The notes beneath the pieces are model-generated. The model was not told the origin of the DNA and did not search any database. It was given only the letters and a program-made list of their open reading frames with translations. DNA of 62,337 bases, the filler included, from Globobulimina sp. (lineage: Eukaryota): assembly GCA_003354225.1 (NCBI GenBank). It is 29 parts of 29 records of this genome, joined end to end, with 100 filler letters (N's around TTAATTAATTAA, not from the genome) between each part and the next. Parts side by side here need not be neighbours in the genome. Positions count along the whole stretch, not along the records: positions 10,776 to 12,830 come from PIVH01009400.1; positions 12,931 to 14,985 come from PIVH01009401.1; positions 15,086 to 17,140 come from PIVH01009402.1; positions 17,241 to 19,294 come from PIVH01009403.1; positions 19,395 to 21,448 come from PIVH01009404.1; positions 21,549 to 23,602 come from PIVH01009405.1; positions 23,703 to 25,755 come from PIVH01009406.1; 22 more parts are not named here. One strand, written 5' to 3'. The position numbers and the translations under genes were made by a program. This document shows positions 11,530-23,850 of the stretch, piece after piece (position 1 is the stretch's first letter; each line of letters opens with the position of its first letter).

Positions 11530-12830
11530 GTCAATTCAGAGTGTAATTAGCAAATCAAAGGACGCAAAAACAATCCAATCTGTTATTGCACGGAATATTA
11601 ATCACATACAACACGTATCAATATTTGGCAAAGCAAGAGCCTGCGCAAGTTAAATAGTCGCCTAAATAGTTGCATATGTTTCCTAAATAGTTGCCTAAAT
11701 AGTCACCATTTTCCGTTTTTGTATTGAAATAGTAACTAAATAGTTGCACATTTTCGTTTTTGTCACTAAATAGTCACAAATAGTCAAAAATAGTCACTAA
11801 ATAGTCACATAGTGACTAATTAACTTGTGTAGGCTCCAAAGCAATGCAAAAATGTAACGATTTGCGAGATTTAGTTTCTGTGCATGAAATTATGAAATTA
11901 TTATTAAACTCAAAACTTATACCAACCCATATTCAATAACATATTTTTCAACAGCATGGCACGTTCAGATTCACCCGAATTATGTATCAAATATTTTGAG
12001 ATAATGATCAAGCAATACATGATCAAACCAAATGTTATTTCATTTTCGGTTTTGTTAAAATCGTTTAGAACCCAAGCAAAATTGGAAGCTGCTGAAAAAT
12101 ATTGGAATTTAATGCAACAGGAATACAACATACAGCCAAATGAGATCACGTACTCAGAAATGTTATCAGTGTATGCCAAATGCCAGCAAACAACCAAAGG
12201 TATACAGTTATTCAAGGAATATTTGGCAAAAACACAAAAAGGAATATTGCAGTGTACTTATCCAACCTTTGCCTGCTACTTAAATATATTCAGCAGAGCT
12301 GGGGATGTGAATGGAATGGAGGACGCAATACAACTTATTAAGCAAAATGGATTTGACTTAGATGCCATAGTCGTTACAGACATTACAAGAGGATATGTTG
12401 CTGCACGCGAATATGCAAAATGTATTCAAACATTTGAAGAGTGGATAAAGAGCGGGAAGTCACCAACCATCCATATGATGAATATGAAGTGTGTGGCGTT
12501 GGCACATTCGATAAGGAAAAGTGAAGCAAGTTTCGAAGATAAGCATGTTTTGTATGTAGAATTACAAGATACCATACATCTGAAATTGAACCAGTATGGC
12601 TTGGAAATCAATGCTCTCATTGCATCCACGCAGTTATCCGGTGCAATTTTTTTGTATCGTTATCATGATCCAATCAAAATTGTGCATGTATTTGAGAGTA
12701 TGTTGAGGCAGAAATTGAGTGGATATGAATGGTACGACGAGCATAGCAAAAAAGCTATCATTGATTTACATAAATTTGAACCGTATCAAGCTCAGTTTGT
12801 TATTCGTTATTTGATTGGATTTAAGTTATC
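11530..12830 (+). pseudogene. PPR-repeat protein with probable SMR-like C-terminus, disrupted
   Basis: PPR motifs KPNVISFSVLL and QPNEITYSEML; IIDLH near the end. The 5' frame is interrupted by a MITE, a frameshift/stop near 11937 and a TAG near 11528. Confidence 0.75.
11637..11836. mobile_element. 200-bp MITE with 17-bp TIRs and 8-bp TSD (hAT-like TSD length)
   Basis: TIRs GAGCCTGCGCAAGTTAA / TTAACTTGTGTAGGCTC (15/17 match). CAAAGCAA is duplicated at 11629-11636 and 11837-11844. About 10 internal AAATAGT repeats. Confidence 0.88.
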
Positions 12831-12930
12831 NNNNNNNNNNNNNNNNNNNNNNNNNNNNNNNNNNNNNNNNNNNNTTAATTAATTAANNNNNNNNNNNNNN
12901 NNNNNNNNNNNNNNNNNNNNNNNNNNNNNN

Positions 12931-13265
12931 TAATAAAATTCTAAACGTAGTTCAATTATGCTTTTTGGTATAATATATTTGTTTGGAATACGTATTCTTC
13001 GAACATATCCATAAATTATTAGTCGCGTCAATTCAATTGATGTTGATTTATCACATTCGATCTTTTCGGGAATAAGACTCCGTTGTTTACGTATTAGAAT
13101 TGATGGTGGTATTAACTCGGAGCTTATGTGTGAAGTCGATGATGGGTATGGACGAACTTTATGCACTCTGTCAATGTCATAGGATATTGTTGACATTGAT
13201 GCGACGGGTTGAACCGTTGGTGCTTTGTGGTAAGATATTTTATCAGTGTCTATCTTATTTCCCAT
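12931..13265 (-). CDS. Hypothetical protein, N-terminus
   Basis: Starts MGNKIDTD (possible myristoylation). LIIYGYVR...IP..II motif. Runs off the contig. Confidence 0.5.
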
Positions 13266-13531
13266 GTTTAAAGTAGAGTTTTTTTGTTCCAGTAAAGTTT
13301 TAATTTCAAAAAAAAGTGTAATAGGTAATATTAGTATATATATACATATACAAACGCAAAACACACAAAACATATAAAATGATAATTACACGAAAGTGAC
13401 GAAACGTCTTTAAATATCAAATTAGACTACGAAAGAAAGAAAGAAAGAAAGAAATATTGTATAAAATTGTTTAATATCAAATGAACTATATTGTCAGTTT
13501 AAATTCATTTGCATAAAAGCTATGTAAATAA

Positions 13532-14985
13532 TTAACGTGTTTCCTGATACATTCCTTCCAACTGCTCATTATATAAAGCTTCACTATCTGTATCACTCTC
13601 ATTTTGTTTATTTTTTTCAACATCTCCAGGAGTACCAGGCGTTGTCTCTACTTTAACCCTCAGATTTTTATCATACATTAATTCATTTGATGTCCTCGTA
13701 TCACTCTCTGCACTTTGACCATCCCCACCATGTTCATCAGTTTCTGGTGTTTCATCAGATATTGTATCCATTTTAGAATCATCCTCTTGTAAAATATCTT
13801 CATTATCGACACTCTCAGCTGTGTTTGTTTGAGGACGTGCCACCTCCGGATCAGAATCACTATCATCTGCTTTTTCCGATGTATTTACATGTTGAGATCC
13901 AGCGGACAAACTTGCAATTCGTGTCATTTCCACAATTTGTTCACTAAACAGTCGTTTTTGTGTTTTTCGTTTGCCATAAAAATATGTACAGCACACGCAA
14001 AGCGTAAGAAGTAAAATCAAAATGATAGCAAACATGAATAATGTTAATGTTGTATTGCTGATATTGTTGGATAACATACTGTCACCGTCAGAACTATCAA
14101 GGGATGTTTTTGTTTTATAACTTGTGCTGGTTACAACTGACGCAGAATCATCATATGTTGCTGATATTGTTGGATAGTTTGATGGTGATATAGTTGGGTA
14201 TTTTGATGGTGTCTCAGTGGTTGGGTGAAAAAATGTAAATGTTGGCCCAAATGTTGGATTAAATGTTGGTTCCATAGTTGGGAAATGTGTTGGATAAAAT
14301 GTTGGATTAAACGAAGGAAATTTGCTCGGATATACTGTTGGTTCAGTCGTTGGATCGAATGTTGGATAAAACGAAGGGAATTTAGTTGGATAATATGTAG
14401 GTATTTCTGTACAAATTATATTACAAAAACAGCATTTAACAAACTCAACAACGAATGACATATATATGTACATATGACAAAATAGAAACGATTCGTCAAT
14501 GCAAACTTAAAGAAAAAACGTTTGCATCCTCTACGTGATTCTGAACATTAACTCGATGGCGTGTTCGTTGGATATTTTGTAGGTGATATAGATGGATAAT
14601 CCGATGGATTTGTGGTAGGTACAAATGTTGGATTTTTGGTGGGTAATACTGATGGTTGAGGTGTAAACGTTGGGTTCGTTGGATTGTTTGTAGGTAATAC
14701 TGATGGATTTTTTGTGGGTGCAAATGTTGGATTGGTTGGATTTTTTGTAGGCGACGGTGATGGATTTGTTGTAGGTGATAATGATGGATTTGTTGGAATG
14801 TTTGTAGGTGATGCAAATGGATTTTTTGTTGGTGATAGCGATGGATTTGTTGGATTTTTTGTAGGTGATACGAATGGATTTGTTGTGGGTGCAACTGTTG
14901 GATTGATTGGATTTTTTGTAGGCGACGGTGATGGATAATTAGATGGATTATTAGACGGATTTTGTGTAGGTGCAAGTGTGGAATA
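13532..14985 (-). CDS. Pro/Thr-rich (PTxxPT repeat) single-pass surface protein (5' truncated)
   Basis: PTxxP repeats in two exons (intron 14407-14552), TM helix LFMFAIILILLLTLCVCC, acidic cytoplasmic tail. Confidence 0.8.
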
Positions 14986-15085
14986 NNNNNNNNNNNNNNN
15001 NNNNNNNNNNNNNNNNNNNNNNNNNNNNNTTAATTAATTAANNNNNNNNNNNNNNNNNNNNNNNNNNNNNNNNNNNNNNNNNNNN

Positions 15086-15313
15086 TTTTTCTTTTCTCTC
15101 TTCATCTAATAACAAAGGAATTGCATGTAACTCAATGAGTGTTCTTTCTGTATCAATATTTGGAGATTCATGTGTGAATAATGGAAATTTCTCTGTTGTC
15201 TCGGAATTTGATAATTTTATTTTTTTAGAAGGTGGCTCTGACCTATTTTGTTTCTCTTCGTTAGGGACACAGGTTTCTGTTTTGATATCATTATCGTTAA
15301 CCACAATGTCCAT
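15086..15313 (-). CDS. Hypothetical protein N-terminus
   Basis: MDIVVNDN start with an NLS-like PPSKKIKL. Truncated by the contig edge. Confidence 0.45.
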
Positions 15314-15424
15314 GTATAATTATTGTAATAATTATTATATCGTAGCGTTGGTGTGTCGGCTTTTTAGTATTGCACCAGATGTTTAGTATTGATTTTTCAG
15401 TGTTCTCGAAACTAAGCTTCAGAC

Positions 15425-17020
15425 ATGAATTTACCATGTCGTCTTCTCATATTTTATTCACTTGCAAACATATTGTTAGCCCATCCACTGACATTTAACA
15501 TTACGTACAGCTACGATTTAAAATATGCATTTGTGGATTATAAAACTTCGTGGTGGAACGCACGCCATTTTTGTTACCAACTTTTCGTTCAAGATTTAGC
15601 ATCTATCCATAACCAAGAAGATAATTCAGAAGCATTTGACATCTGTGCTTCAAAAAATTGCTGGATTGGCGCAACAAATCTATTTTTATGGAACAACAAT
15701 ATATCAAATAATACAGAATGGATAGATGGCACTTCGTACGATTTCAACCCAACGCCAATCAATTACACAGTTAACAATCAAATCCCATATGGCTGCACCC
15801 GGTACGATAATAACTCTTATTGGAGAAAATCTGATTGTTTAACCCTACAATATGCCCAACTGCCATTCATATGCAATCAAAACGACACACTCTCTCCAAC
15901 CAATAGTCCATCCATATCGCCCTCAAATAATCCCACCAACGCACCATCAAACTCCCCCACCAATGTATGTACATTAAGTGCAAGGATACACCGCAACGTT
16001 TTCATTAAATTCGCACATATACCATCAGCCTACCAATGCTCCCACATTTTCCCCATCCGATGCACCAACAAATTCGCCCACTATTCCCACGAGTTCACCT
16101 ACAAACGCACCTAGCTATTCTCCCTCAGACGCTCCGTCCTTAAATCCAACAGTTTCACCTTCCGGCTCACCGTCTCAACCACCCACAATTGCGCCATCTG
16201 ACTCACCCACACAACCGCCATCTGCTGCACCTTCATATTCCCCTTCATTCGCACCTTCAGGTTATGTACTTGTTTTGTATATACATCTAAATCCATATGC
16301 ATTATGTATATAAAATACAGATTCTCCAAGCATATCACCATCAGTCTCACCCACACAGCCACCCACATTATCTCCCTCCGGCTCACCCTCCCAACCACCA
16401 ACTATCGCGCCCACCATTTCACCCTCAATCGCACCGTCCACTGCGCCGACAGCCTCCCCTCTATTCACACCATGCAGTATCGACTATAACTTAGACTTAA
16501 TATTCGCAGTCGACACGTCCTGCGGCATCACACAACCGCAGTGCCAAAAACAACAAACCTTCATCTCCTCTTTGATCCAAAAGAGCAAATCCTCCGCATT
16601 CCCTCGCTTAGCCTACATTGAATTTGACGACGTCATTGACGAAACCATCAAACTTAACGACTCTCTGTATAACGTAAACTCCACGTCGATAGGCAGCAAT
16701 TTAGCGCAATTAATCAATGATATCGAAGCCGCAGATTGCACGCAAGTCGCACCGAGCAACACCTCCACTGAAATCGCGCTGGTTGCGGCTATACAGCAGT
16801 TCCAAGACTATAGCATACCTTTGGGACATGACAAAAAAATAATATTAATCTCAAATTGTCCATCTACAGATAATCCCTGCGATGTCACGCAAGATTTATA
16901 CACCCATAACATCGACGTTATCATTGTAAATGTCGGCGTTGAGCTGGACAATGCGACCTATTCTTGTATTTCCAAAAACGATCCACGACGCATGTTCTAT
17001 GCGCCTAGTTTTAACTCATT
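15425..17020 (+). CDS. Secreted C-type lectin + PT-repeat stalk + vWA-like domain protein
   Basis: Signal peptide; SWWNARHFC...LASIHN, CWIG, PFIC (CTLD); PSxxPT repeats; DLIFAVDTSCG (vWA-like). Introns ~15965-16028 and 16261-16320. Confidence 0.8.
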
Positions 17021-17139
17021 GACCACCTTTTTATCAATGAGACTCCTTGACCAGCCCAGGTTCTCAGGGCCAAAGGCCACCTCGTCGAATACGGTTTCTC
17101 CCACAATCTGGGTATCGGCATCCTGGAAAACCATACCCA
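17020..17139 (-). other. Prokaryotic ECF-type ABC ATPase (EcfA/CbiO) fragment fused to the contig end
   Basis: Minus strand reads VGMVFQDADTQIVGETVFDEVAFGPENLGWSRSLIDKKV, the Q-loop region of ECF ATPases. Confidence 0.8.
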
Positions 17140-17240
17140 CNNNNNNNNNNNNNNNNNNNNNNNNNNNNNNNNNNNNNNNNNNNNTTAATTAATTAANNNN
17201 NNNNNNNNNNNNNNNNNNNNNNNNNNNNNNNNNNNNNNNN

Positions 17241-18442
17241 CCAATTAATTGTAACGGTAAAAATTCATTTAAAAAATCTATATCTTTTAACGTTTTTGAA
17301 GCAATCTCAATCTCAATTTCTTTGCGCAAATGTTTTGGTATTGAATGTAAAACATCGTCGAATGCATCGCATAGCACATAATTGTAACTGTGATGATATC
17401 GAACATGTGATTCAATGGCATGTGATAATTTATCAGATATATCATAATGTTCACAAAATATCAATGCATTTTTCAAGTTTTTATTCTCAATTTGTGTGAT
17501 GTCGTCGCCTTCGCGAACAAATCTGGTGGCTAAACCAATTAAATACGATGTATAGACCGTGCCAATCACCACAGCAAATACAGAGACCCAAACTTCAACG
17601 ACATTTTTCGCGACAATATCACCGTAACCTGTGGTAAACAAAGTAATTATACTCCAATAATAACTGTATGTATATTTTAAAAATGTATAATCATCATCCA
17701 TTAAATACAGGTTATTGTTATGAACATCCTCGAGCCAGGAGTCATATCCTCGTCTCACCATTTCCTTTCCTGTTATCCACCAAAGGCAAGCAATATAATG
17801 CGCACCCAATACCATTCCAAAAAAGACTTTTATAATTTTAATATATATCACAGTCTCCGGTGACATGGATAACCGCTGAGGTAACTTATCAAAGACTCGC
17901 ATCATTTTTAAAATGCGCGCAATTTTCAGCAACCGAACTATGCGTAAAATACGGAATATTTTAATATATTCGGCAACATTTTGCTCACTAGAATTGATAA
18001 CTAAAAACTCAAAAGGAAATGAAGTCAGCAAATCAAATAAGAACCATGTTTTTAGATATTTTATTGCGATGTGTTTGGGCGATGTTATTAGGTGCAAAGT
18101 ATCGAATTTATCAAAATATGCGGTTCTGAAATTTGTTAATATATCGACACATAAAAATATATCAATTGAGAATGCCAGGAGGCCAAAAAAGCTATCCAGA
18201 GCCAAACTAATTTCAAAAACCAATGTAAATGGTACCTCCGTTGCAGATATAACGAGAACCAGAATTAAGATCGGATCCCAGATCATTTTAAATTGTCCAA
18301 ACGGATGCAAAATTGGCAACATATTGCATATGTAGAATGGGAAACATTTGCATTCATCATTGTGTTGTGATGGGGTGTTGCCGTTGGTGTGTTTGGTTGA
18401 TTGATGAGTTAACAAAGGGGTTTCTGGTTGAAACAGTGACAT
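17241..18442 (-). CDS. Cyclic-nucleotide-gated / EAG-HCN-like K+ channel (3' truncated)
   Basis: Six TM segments, S4 RILRIVRLLKIARILK, pore TTGYGD, C-linker. The CNBD is cut off. Confidence 0.9.
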
Positions 18443-18513
18443 GCTTTGTGATATATTAACAAATACAATTAATACAATTTTGTTTCAAGTCGCTTGAAAC
18501 TTTTCTCTTTTGC

Positions 18514-19294
18514 ATGATGGCAGCTCCGACAAAAGCATCATCTGCAAATGACAACATCCCAACCATACCGGTGGCGCCAGTGTCTGATACCAACCCTTTA
18601 TTGGCATTGCAATCAATGGGTTATGATGTAGGAGATTTAACCAATGAGCAAATTCGAAATAGAATAAAAATGTTAGAGAATAATATTCGTGTTATGAAAT
18701 CAGAAACGCAACGTCTAAAACATCAACATAAACAAGCGGAAGAGCGAGTAAATGAGAACAAAAAAAAAATAAAATTAAATAAAGAGTTACCGTATTTAGT
18801 CTCCAATGTAGTGGAAATATTGGATGTGACCAAAGAAGACGAACAAGAGGAACAATCCGGCGCAGCCATGGATGATTATGTTGGTGGCAAAGATAAGGCA
18901 AAGGATAAATGTGTGGTGGTTAAAACCTCGACGCGACAAACCATATTCTTACCGATCCCCGGATTAGTCGACACAAAAGAACTGCAACCAAACGATTTAG
19001 TCGGTGTCAATAAGGACTCCTATTTAATTTTAGATAAATTACCGGCTGAATATGACGCGAGGGTTAAAGCCATGGAAGTCGATGAAAAACCACAAGAGAC
19101 CTATAACGATGTTGGGGGCTTAGATAAGCAGATTGAAGAATTAGTGGAGGCGGTTGTACTCCCCATATTGCACAAAGAACGGTTTGAAGCCATCGGTATT
19201 GAACCACCCAAAGGTACTGTATATTAAATCAAATCATTCATCCTTGCACTCAAAATATAATATATAATATAATATAATATCAGGTGTCCTTTTA
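18514..19294 (+). CDS. RPT5: 26S proteasome AAA-ATPase subunit 6A (RPT5), N-terminal half
   Basis: [53 protein letters not shown]. Intron 19214-19283 gives PPKGVLL. Confidence 0.96.
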
Positions 19295-19553
19295 NNNNNN
19301 NNNNNNNNNNNNNNNNNNNNNNNNNNNNNNNNNNNNNNTTAATTAATTAANNNNNNNNNNNNNNNNNNNNNNNNNNNNNNNNNNNNNNNNNNNNATTTAC
19401 AAATCTACTATATTGTCTAATTTTTTGAACTTTTCTACGTTTTCTCATTTTTATTCAGTCATTTTACTCATTCAATGCATCCATTTCCATTTCATTTGAT
19501 GTATTCATTCAGTCGCATTCAATTCTTTTAAATCTTTTAAATCATTTATTCAT

Positions 19554-20008
19554 TACTGGCTTTGTTTGGTCAGTGAATTATTACTAGCTTTTGCTAGTGG
19601 ATTATACTAGCCTGTGCTAGTGGATTATTCATTCCATCGATCATTCTCGGATTACTTACTCATATACTATTCTGCTTATTTAATCCATTATTTTTCATCC
19701 TTCATTCATTATTCTTTCAATTATTTCTTCTTTTGTTAATTTGTGCATTCATGTATTCATCCATTCCATTCCATTCAATAATTCATTCAATGCTATTCAT
19801 TCAATTCATTCAATGCAATTTCATTCAATTCAATCAAATCAAACAAATCCATAAATAAAATTTATTATACAATACATTTAATATTACACATTAATCACTA
19901 TTTCATTCATTCACTCATTTCAATTAATTCATTTCAAATACCGGCATATGTCGGTGGATTATTACTAGCTTTTGCTAGTGGATTATACTAGCTTTTGCTA
20001 GTGGATTA
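19554..20008 (+). repeat. Two clusters of three short hairpin units (tACTAGC-loop-GCTAGT-GGATTA)
   Basis: Units start at 19554, 19582, 19605 and at 19939, 19963, 19986, inside CATT-rich low-complexity DNA. Confidence 0.85.
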
Positions 20009-20272
20009 AATTAAACTTAGGTTTAATATTTGTACTCAATTTGCTGGAATTGTCTACATCTATAGAATGGTTACTGCATCTATTTTCTCTAAAAATTATT
20101 AATCCATTTTAAGCAAATCAATATTTTTATAAGTTATATTAAATTATGATACTTTTCCTTCCATATTTAATCTTTTTCAAACATCACTTTAGTCAGTTAT
20201 TGGTAATGATGCATGGTTTATATTAAATCCTTTTAATCAACACTTTAATCTCCCTCAACTTCAACTTCCATC

Positions 20273-21448
20273 ATGGCAGTACAATCAGAGACTGGCCCAT
20301 TTCCCCAGAAGGGTTCTAAAATCACTGGGGGCGAACCCTCCGTAACACCATCTTCATCTCACAGTGGTGCCGGAGCACAAGCTATGTGGGGTGGGCTGAG
20401 TGCTGGTCAATCAAGTGTATCGTCTAGTCATTCAAGAAGAACGGAAGGTGCTTACCTAATATATAAAAAACAAATAAGTCAAAATAACAAAATAATGTTT
20501 GCTTCAGAAATATCTGATAATAACACAACTAGTAATCATACAGAAAAATGCACTGGAAATAGATGTGGGTGTTGTAAATATATTAAAGAAAATAAACCAA
20601 TAAAGTGTAATATCAGTAATAAATACTTTACAATGTACGCCGATCAGGAACATATAAATTGTAATACTAAAAACATTGTTTATCTCATTACGTGTAGTAA
20701 GTGTAATCTACAATATGTTGGTCAAACTATTCGAAGACTTAAAGACAGAATGACAGAACATATCTGTTCTATAAAGAAAAATGAAACAAATACATACTTA
20801 GTTCAACATTTTAATAAAAATGGACATAATATCGAGGACCTTCAAGCACAAATTATGGAAACTGTGTCTATAAGTACAGAAAAAACTAAAAATCGTAAAG
20901 ATTGTGAAGATATAGAAGATTTCTGGATTCGTCAATTAATTACAGCCTTTCCTTATTGTTTGAATGATAGAATTAAACAGTTAAATGCTATGGTGATGTA
21001 TCCTGTGGAATAGACCCCTCATCCAAATCAACACATCCTTACTTCACCAATCCAATGCCAACTACTAGAAGAAATAGAAAAAGAAAAAAGAGAAGCAGGG
21101 AAACCGAATCCTGATATTATCAACAGAACCAGATATGCCTTCGACTGCAACAATAACACATTTGATAGACGTAAACTATATGTCTTTCTGCGATCATTGT
21201 CTAAAAAGAATTTATTAACCATCAATGATGCTATAAAAGGTGGTAGTTTAGAATATTGGCATTGTGATGCTAAGCTAGCTACACTTGCATATATGGCAGG
21301 ATACTATAAAAATAATAAAATTAACAATAAACGTAAAGGTATAATAATTGTGGCTAAATATCCTAATAAGGGTATAGAATTACTTAAATTAGAAACAATG
21401 TTCAGAGACAAACGATTACAAAAATTTTTAACTGTTAGTAACAAAAAG
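20273..21448 (+). mobile_element. Decayed Penelope-like element with N-terminal GIY-YIG endonuclease (Naiad/Chlamys-type arrangement); RT off contig
   Basis: INCNTKNIVYLITCSKC..QYVGQT.R.L..RM.EH...HF...EDFWI..L...PY.LND. The frame continues across frameshifts (~20978, ~21100) into YGDVS, RRNRKRKKR and KYPNKGIELLKL. Confidence 0.8.
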
Positions 21449-21548
21449 NNNNNNNNNNNNNNNNNNNNNNNNNNNNNNNNNNNNNNNNNNNNTTAATTAA
21501 TTAANNNNNNNNNNNNNNNNNNNNNNNNNNNNNNNNNNNNNNNNNNNN

Positions 21549-21769
21549 ACTTGTTTTGGTTGATTGCATATTGAACAGTGTGCCACATTCGATTCATTTA
21601 AAAATGTACATATTGAACACCGCCATTTTGATTTATCATCATTTGGAACGGATTGTTTTTTATTGCCGCATTTCTCACAATTTATTACATTTGCTTCATT
21701 CAAATAAGTGCACATCGGACAGGGCCATTTTTCGTCATCATTACTGTTATTATTTATTGATTCTGGCAA
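21549..21769 (-). CDS. RanBP2-type zinc-finger protein (partial)
   Basis: WPCPMCTYLN.....CEKC and WRCSICTFLN.....CSIC. Confidence 0.8.
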
Positions 21770-21958
21770 TTGTGTCTGTATAAAAAAGTAATTAACATAT
21801 AATTATATATGCATCGCCTTTTTGAAACATATAAATATGGCATACATCATTGCCATTTTCCATAATGACTGAAATGAGTGAATATGTGTTTTTGTTGGTT
21901 TTTGTAGTAAGTTTTGTTGTTGTTGTTGTTGAATGGTAGCAAGTTAAAGTGAAACATT

Positions 21959-23602
21959 ATGACATCGAAACAGAGCAATAACATCCGTGTAATGTGTCGT
22001 TTCCGTCCAATAAACGAGATGGAAGAGTCACAGAACGGGAGCATAATTTACAAAGTGTTAAAGAACAACGGCACAATGATCGAACATCCGGACAAAGTGC
22101 ACCACCCTCAAGCAATGTCGTTTTATTTTGATAGGGTGTTCGACTCAAAATGTGCGCAGGTCGAAGTCTTTGAGGAAGCCGCCATGCCATTAATCGACAA
22201 CATCTTCGAAGGGTACAATGCGACCATCTTTGCGTATGGACAAACCGGTACTGTATAAATGTGTAAATATTGTATAAATAAATAACAATTATTATAATGG
22301 CAGGGTCGGGCAAAACGCATACAATGATGGGCGATATGATCAAATCAGAGATGCATCCTCGTCATGGCATCATCCCTCGCGTCGTCCGCGAGATCTGGAA
22401 CCGCATCGTTTTGGCCTCTTCCAACAACGAATTCGAACTAAAAATGTCGTTCCTCGAGATCTACAACGAAGAAATCTATGACTTATTGTCTTCAGAGAAT
22501 GGCGAGTTTATTCCCTTTAAAAAGAGCAGGAAAAAGCGGGAAAAACTAATGATCCGCGAGTACAGTGACTGTGTTTTGGTGGAAAATCTAAACGAAATCT
22601 ACGTTCGCGATCAAAACGAACTGTTTGATCTCATCAAATGCGGCAACAAACAGCGCATCTCTGCCGCCACCAAAATGAACCGAAACTCGTCGCGTTCGCA
22701 TGCAGTGTTAACTATAATCCTCGGACAAGAAGACAAACGCACGGGAAACAGCAGAAAATCCAAGTTCTGCCTGGTGGACCTGGCCGGATCAGAGAAGGTA
22801 CGGCGCAATGTATACTATGATATGATATGATATAAAATAATATGATATAACTCAGGTCGGTAAGACCGGCGCTCGCGGCCAACGACTGAAAGAAGCGACG
22901 TCTATCAATAAGTCATTAACCACTTTGGGAACATGCATGAACAAATTGGCAGACAACAACAAGAGACACATACCGTTTCGCGAGAGCGTGCTAACGCGGC
23001 TATTGTCTGACTCATTGGGCGGAAATTGCAAAACCTCATTGATCATCAATACGAGTCCTTGTTCGTACAACGTGGAAGAAAGTATATCTACGCTGCGCTT
23101 TGGAGAGAGGGCCAAGAAAATCAAAACAAAGGCTCGCATCAACCAAATCAAAACACGCCAGCAATACAGAAAGGAGCTGCAATGCGCACAGACTGAGATC
23201 ATGAAATTGTACCGAATCATCGAAGAATGTGCGCTTGATATTACCAATGCGTTCAAAGGCACATTGCATGTCGAAAACTGCCAATCTTATAAGAAGTTGT
23301 TGGAGCTAAAAAAGTACACTTTGAACATCCTGAAAAGCAAAGATATGCAAAGCCAAAATAAGCAAAATAATAAGAGTTTATTGGCCGATATTTTGCCCGA
23401 TTTGAGCAATTTGCTGTCATTGAAAAAAGTGCAAACCGTCAAGAAATTGCAGAAAAACAATTGCAATATGAAGCCATTGCCATTGCGGAGACAACTAAGC
23501 AACGCCTCTGTTGCTAGTCTGCCATCGCCAAACAACAAGGTTTGTGCCAGGTTGCCATGCTCGAACAATAAAAACTTTTTACTCGACACTTTACTTTATT
23601 AA
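21959..23602 (+). CDS. Kinesin motor protein (kinesin-1-like), 3' truncated
   Basis: VMCRFRP; GQTGSGKT (intron 22248-22303); [19 protein letters not shown] (intron 22798-22855); HIPFRES.LTRLL.DSLGGN. Confidence 0.93.
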
Positions 23603-23850
23603 NNNNNNNNNNNNNNNNNNNNNNNNNNNNNNNNNNNNNNNNNNNNTTAATTAATTAANNNNNNNNNNNNNNNNNNNNNNNNNNNNNNNNNNNNNNNNNN
23701 NNGGTTATGATAATGATGATTGAATAAAATGAATCTAAATAACTGACTAACGTACTTGTTGTTTTTTTAGTTTTGCTTTTGGATTGATAGATTTGGTGAT
23801 GCTTTACTAAGTTTTCACTCTCCAAATCACCATTGCTCCAATTCTGCAGC

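Noticed and set aside
11645-11820. AAATAGT repeats as iterons or a telomere-like array
   Set aside because: They are enclosed by TIRs and a TSD, so they are explained as MITE subterminal repeats.
14496-14975. His/Gln-rich and Gly/Val-rich ORFs (also 16111-16494, 55275-55684)
   Set aside because: They are off-frame or antisense shadows of PTxxPT-coding or 15-bp tandem repeats.
19554-20008. Hairpin repeats as a CRISPR array or hammerhead ribozymes
   Set aside because: The units abut with no unique spacers and there are no cas genes. I found no CTGANGA...GAAA core on either strand by eye.
20273-21448. Selenocysteine (UGA) recoding, as reported for some Naiad elements
   Set aside because: Cys positions use TGT/TGC. 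The TGA near 21111 is better explained by a frameshift, because the homologous-looking frame continues in another phase.
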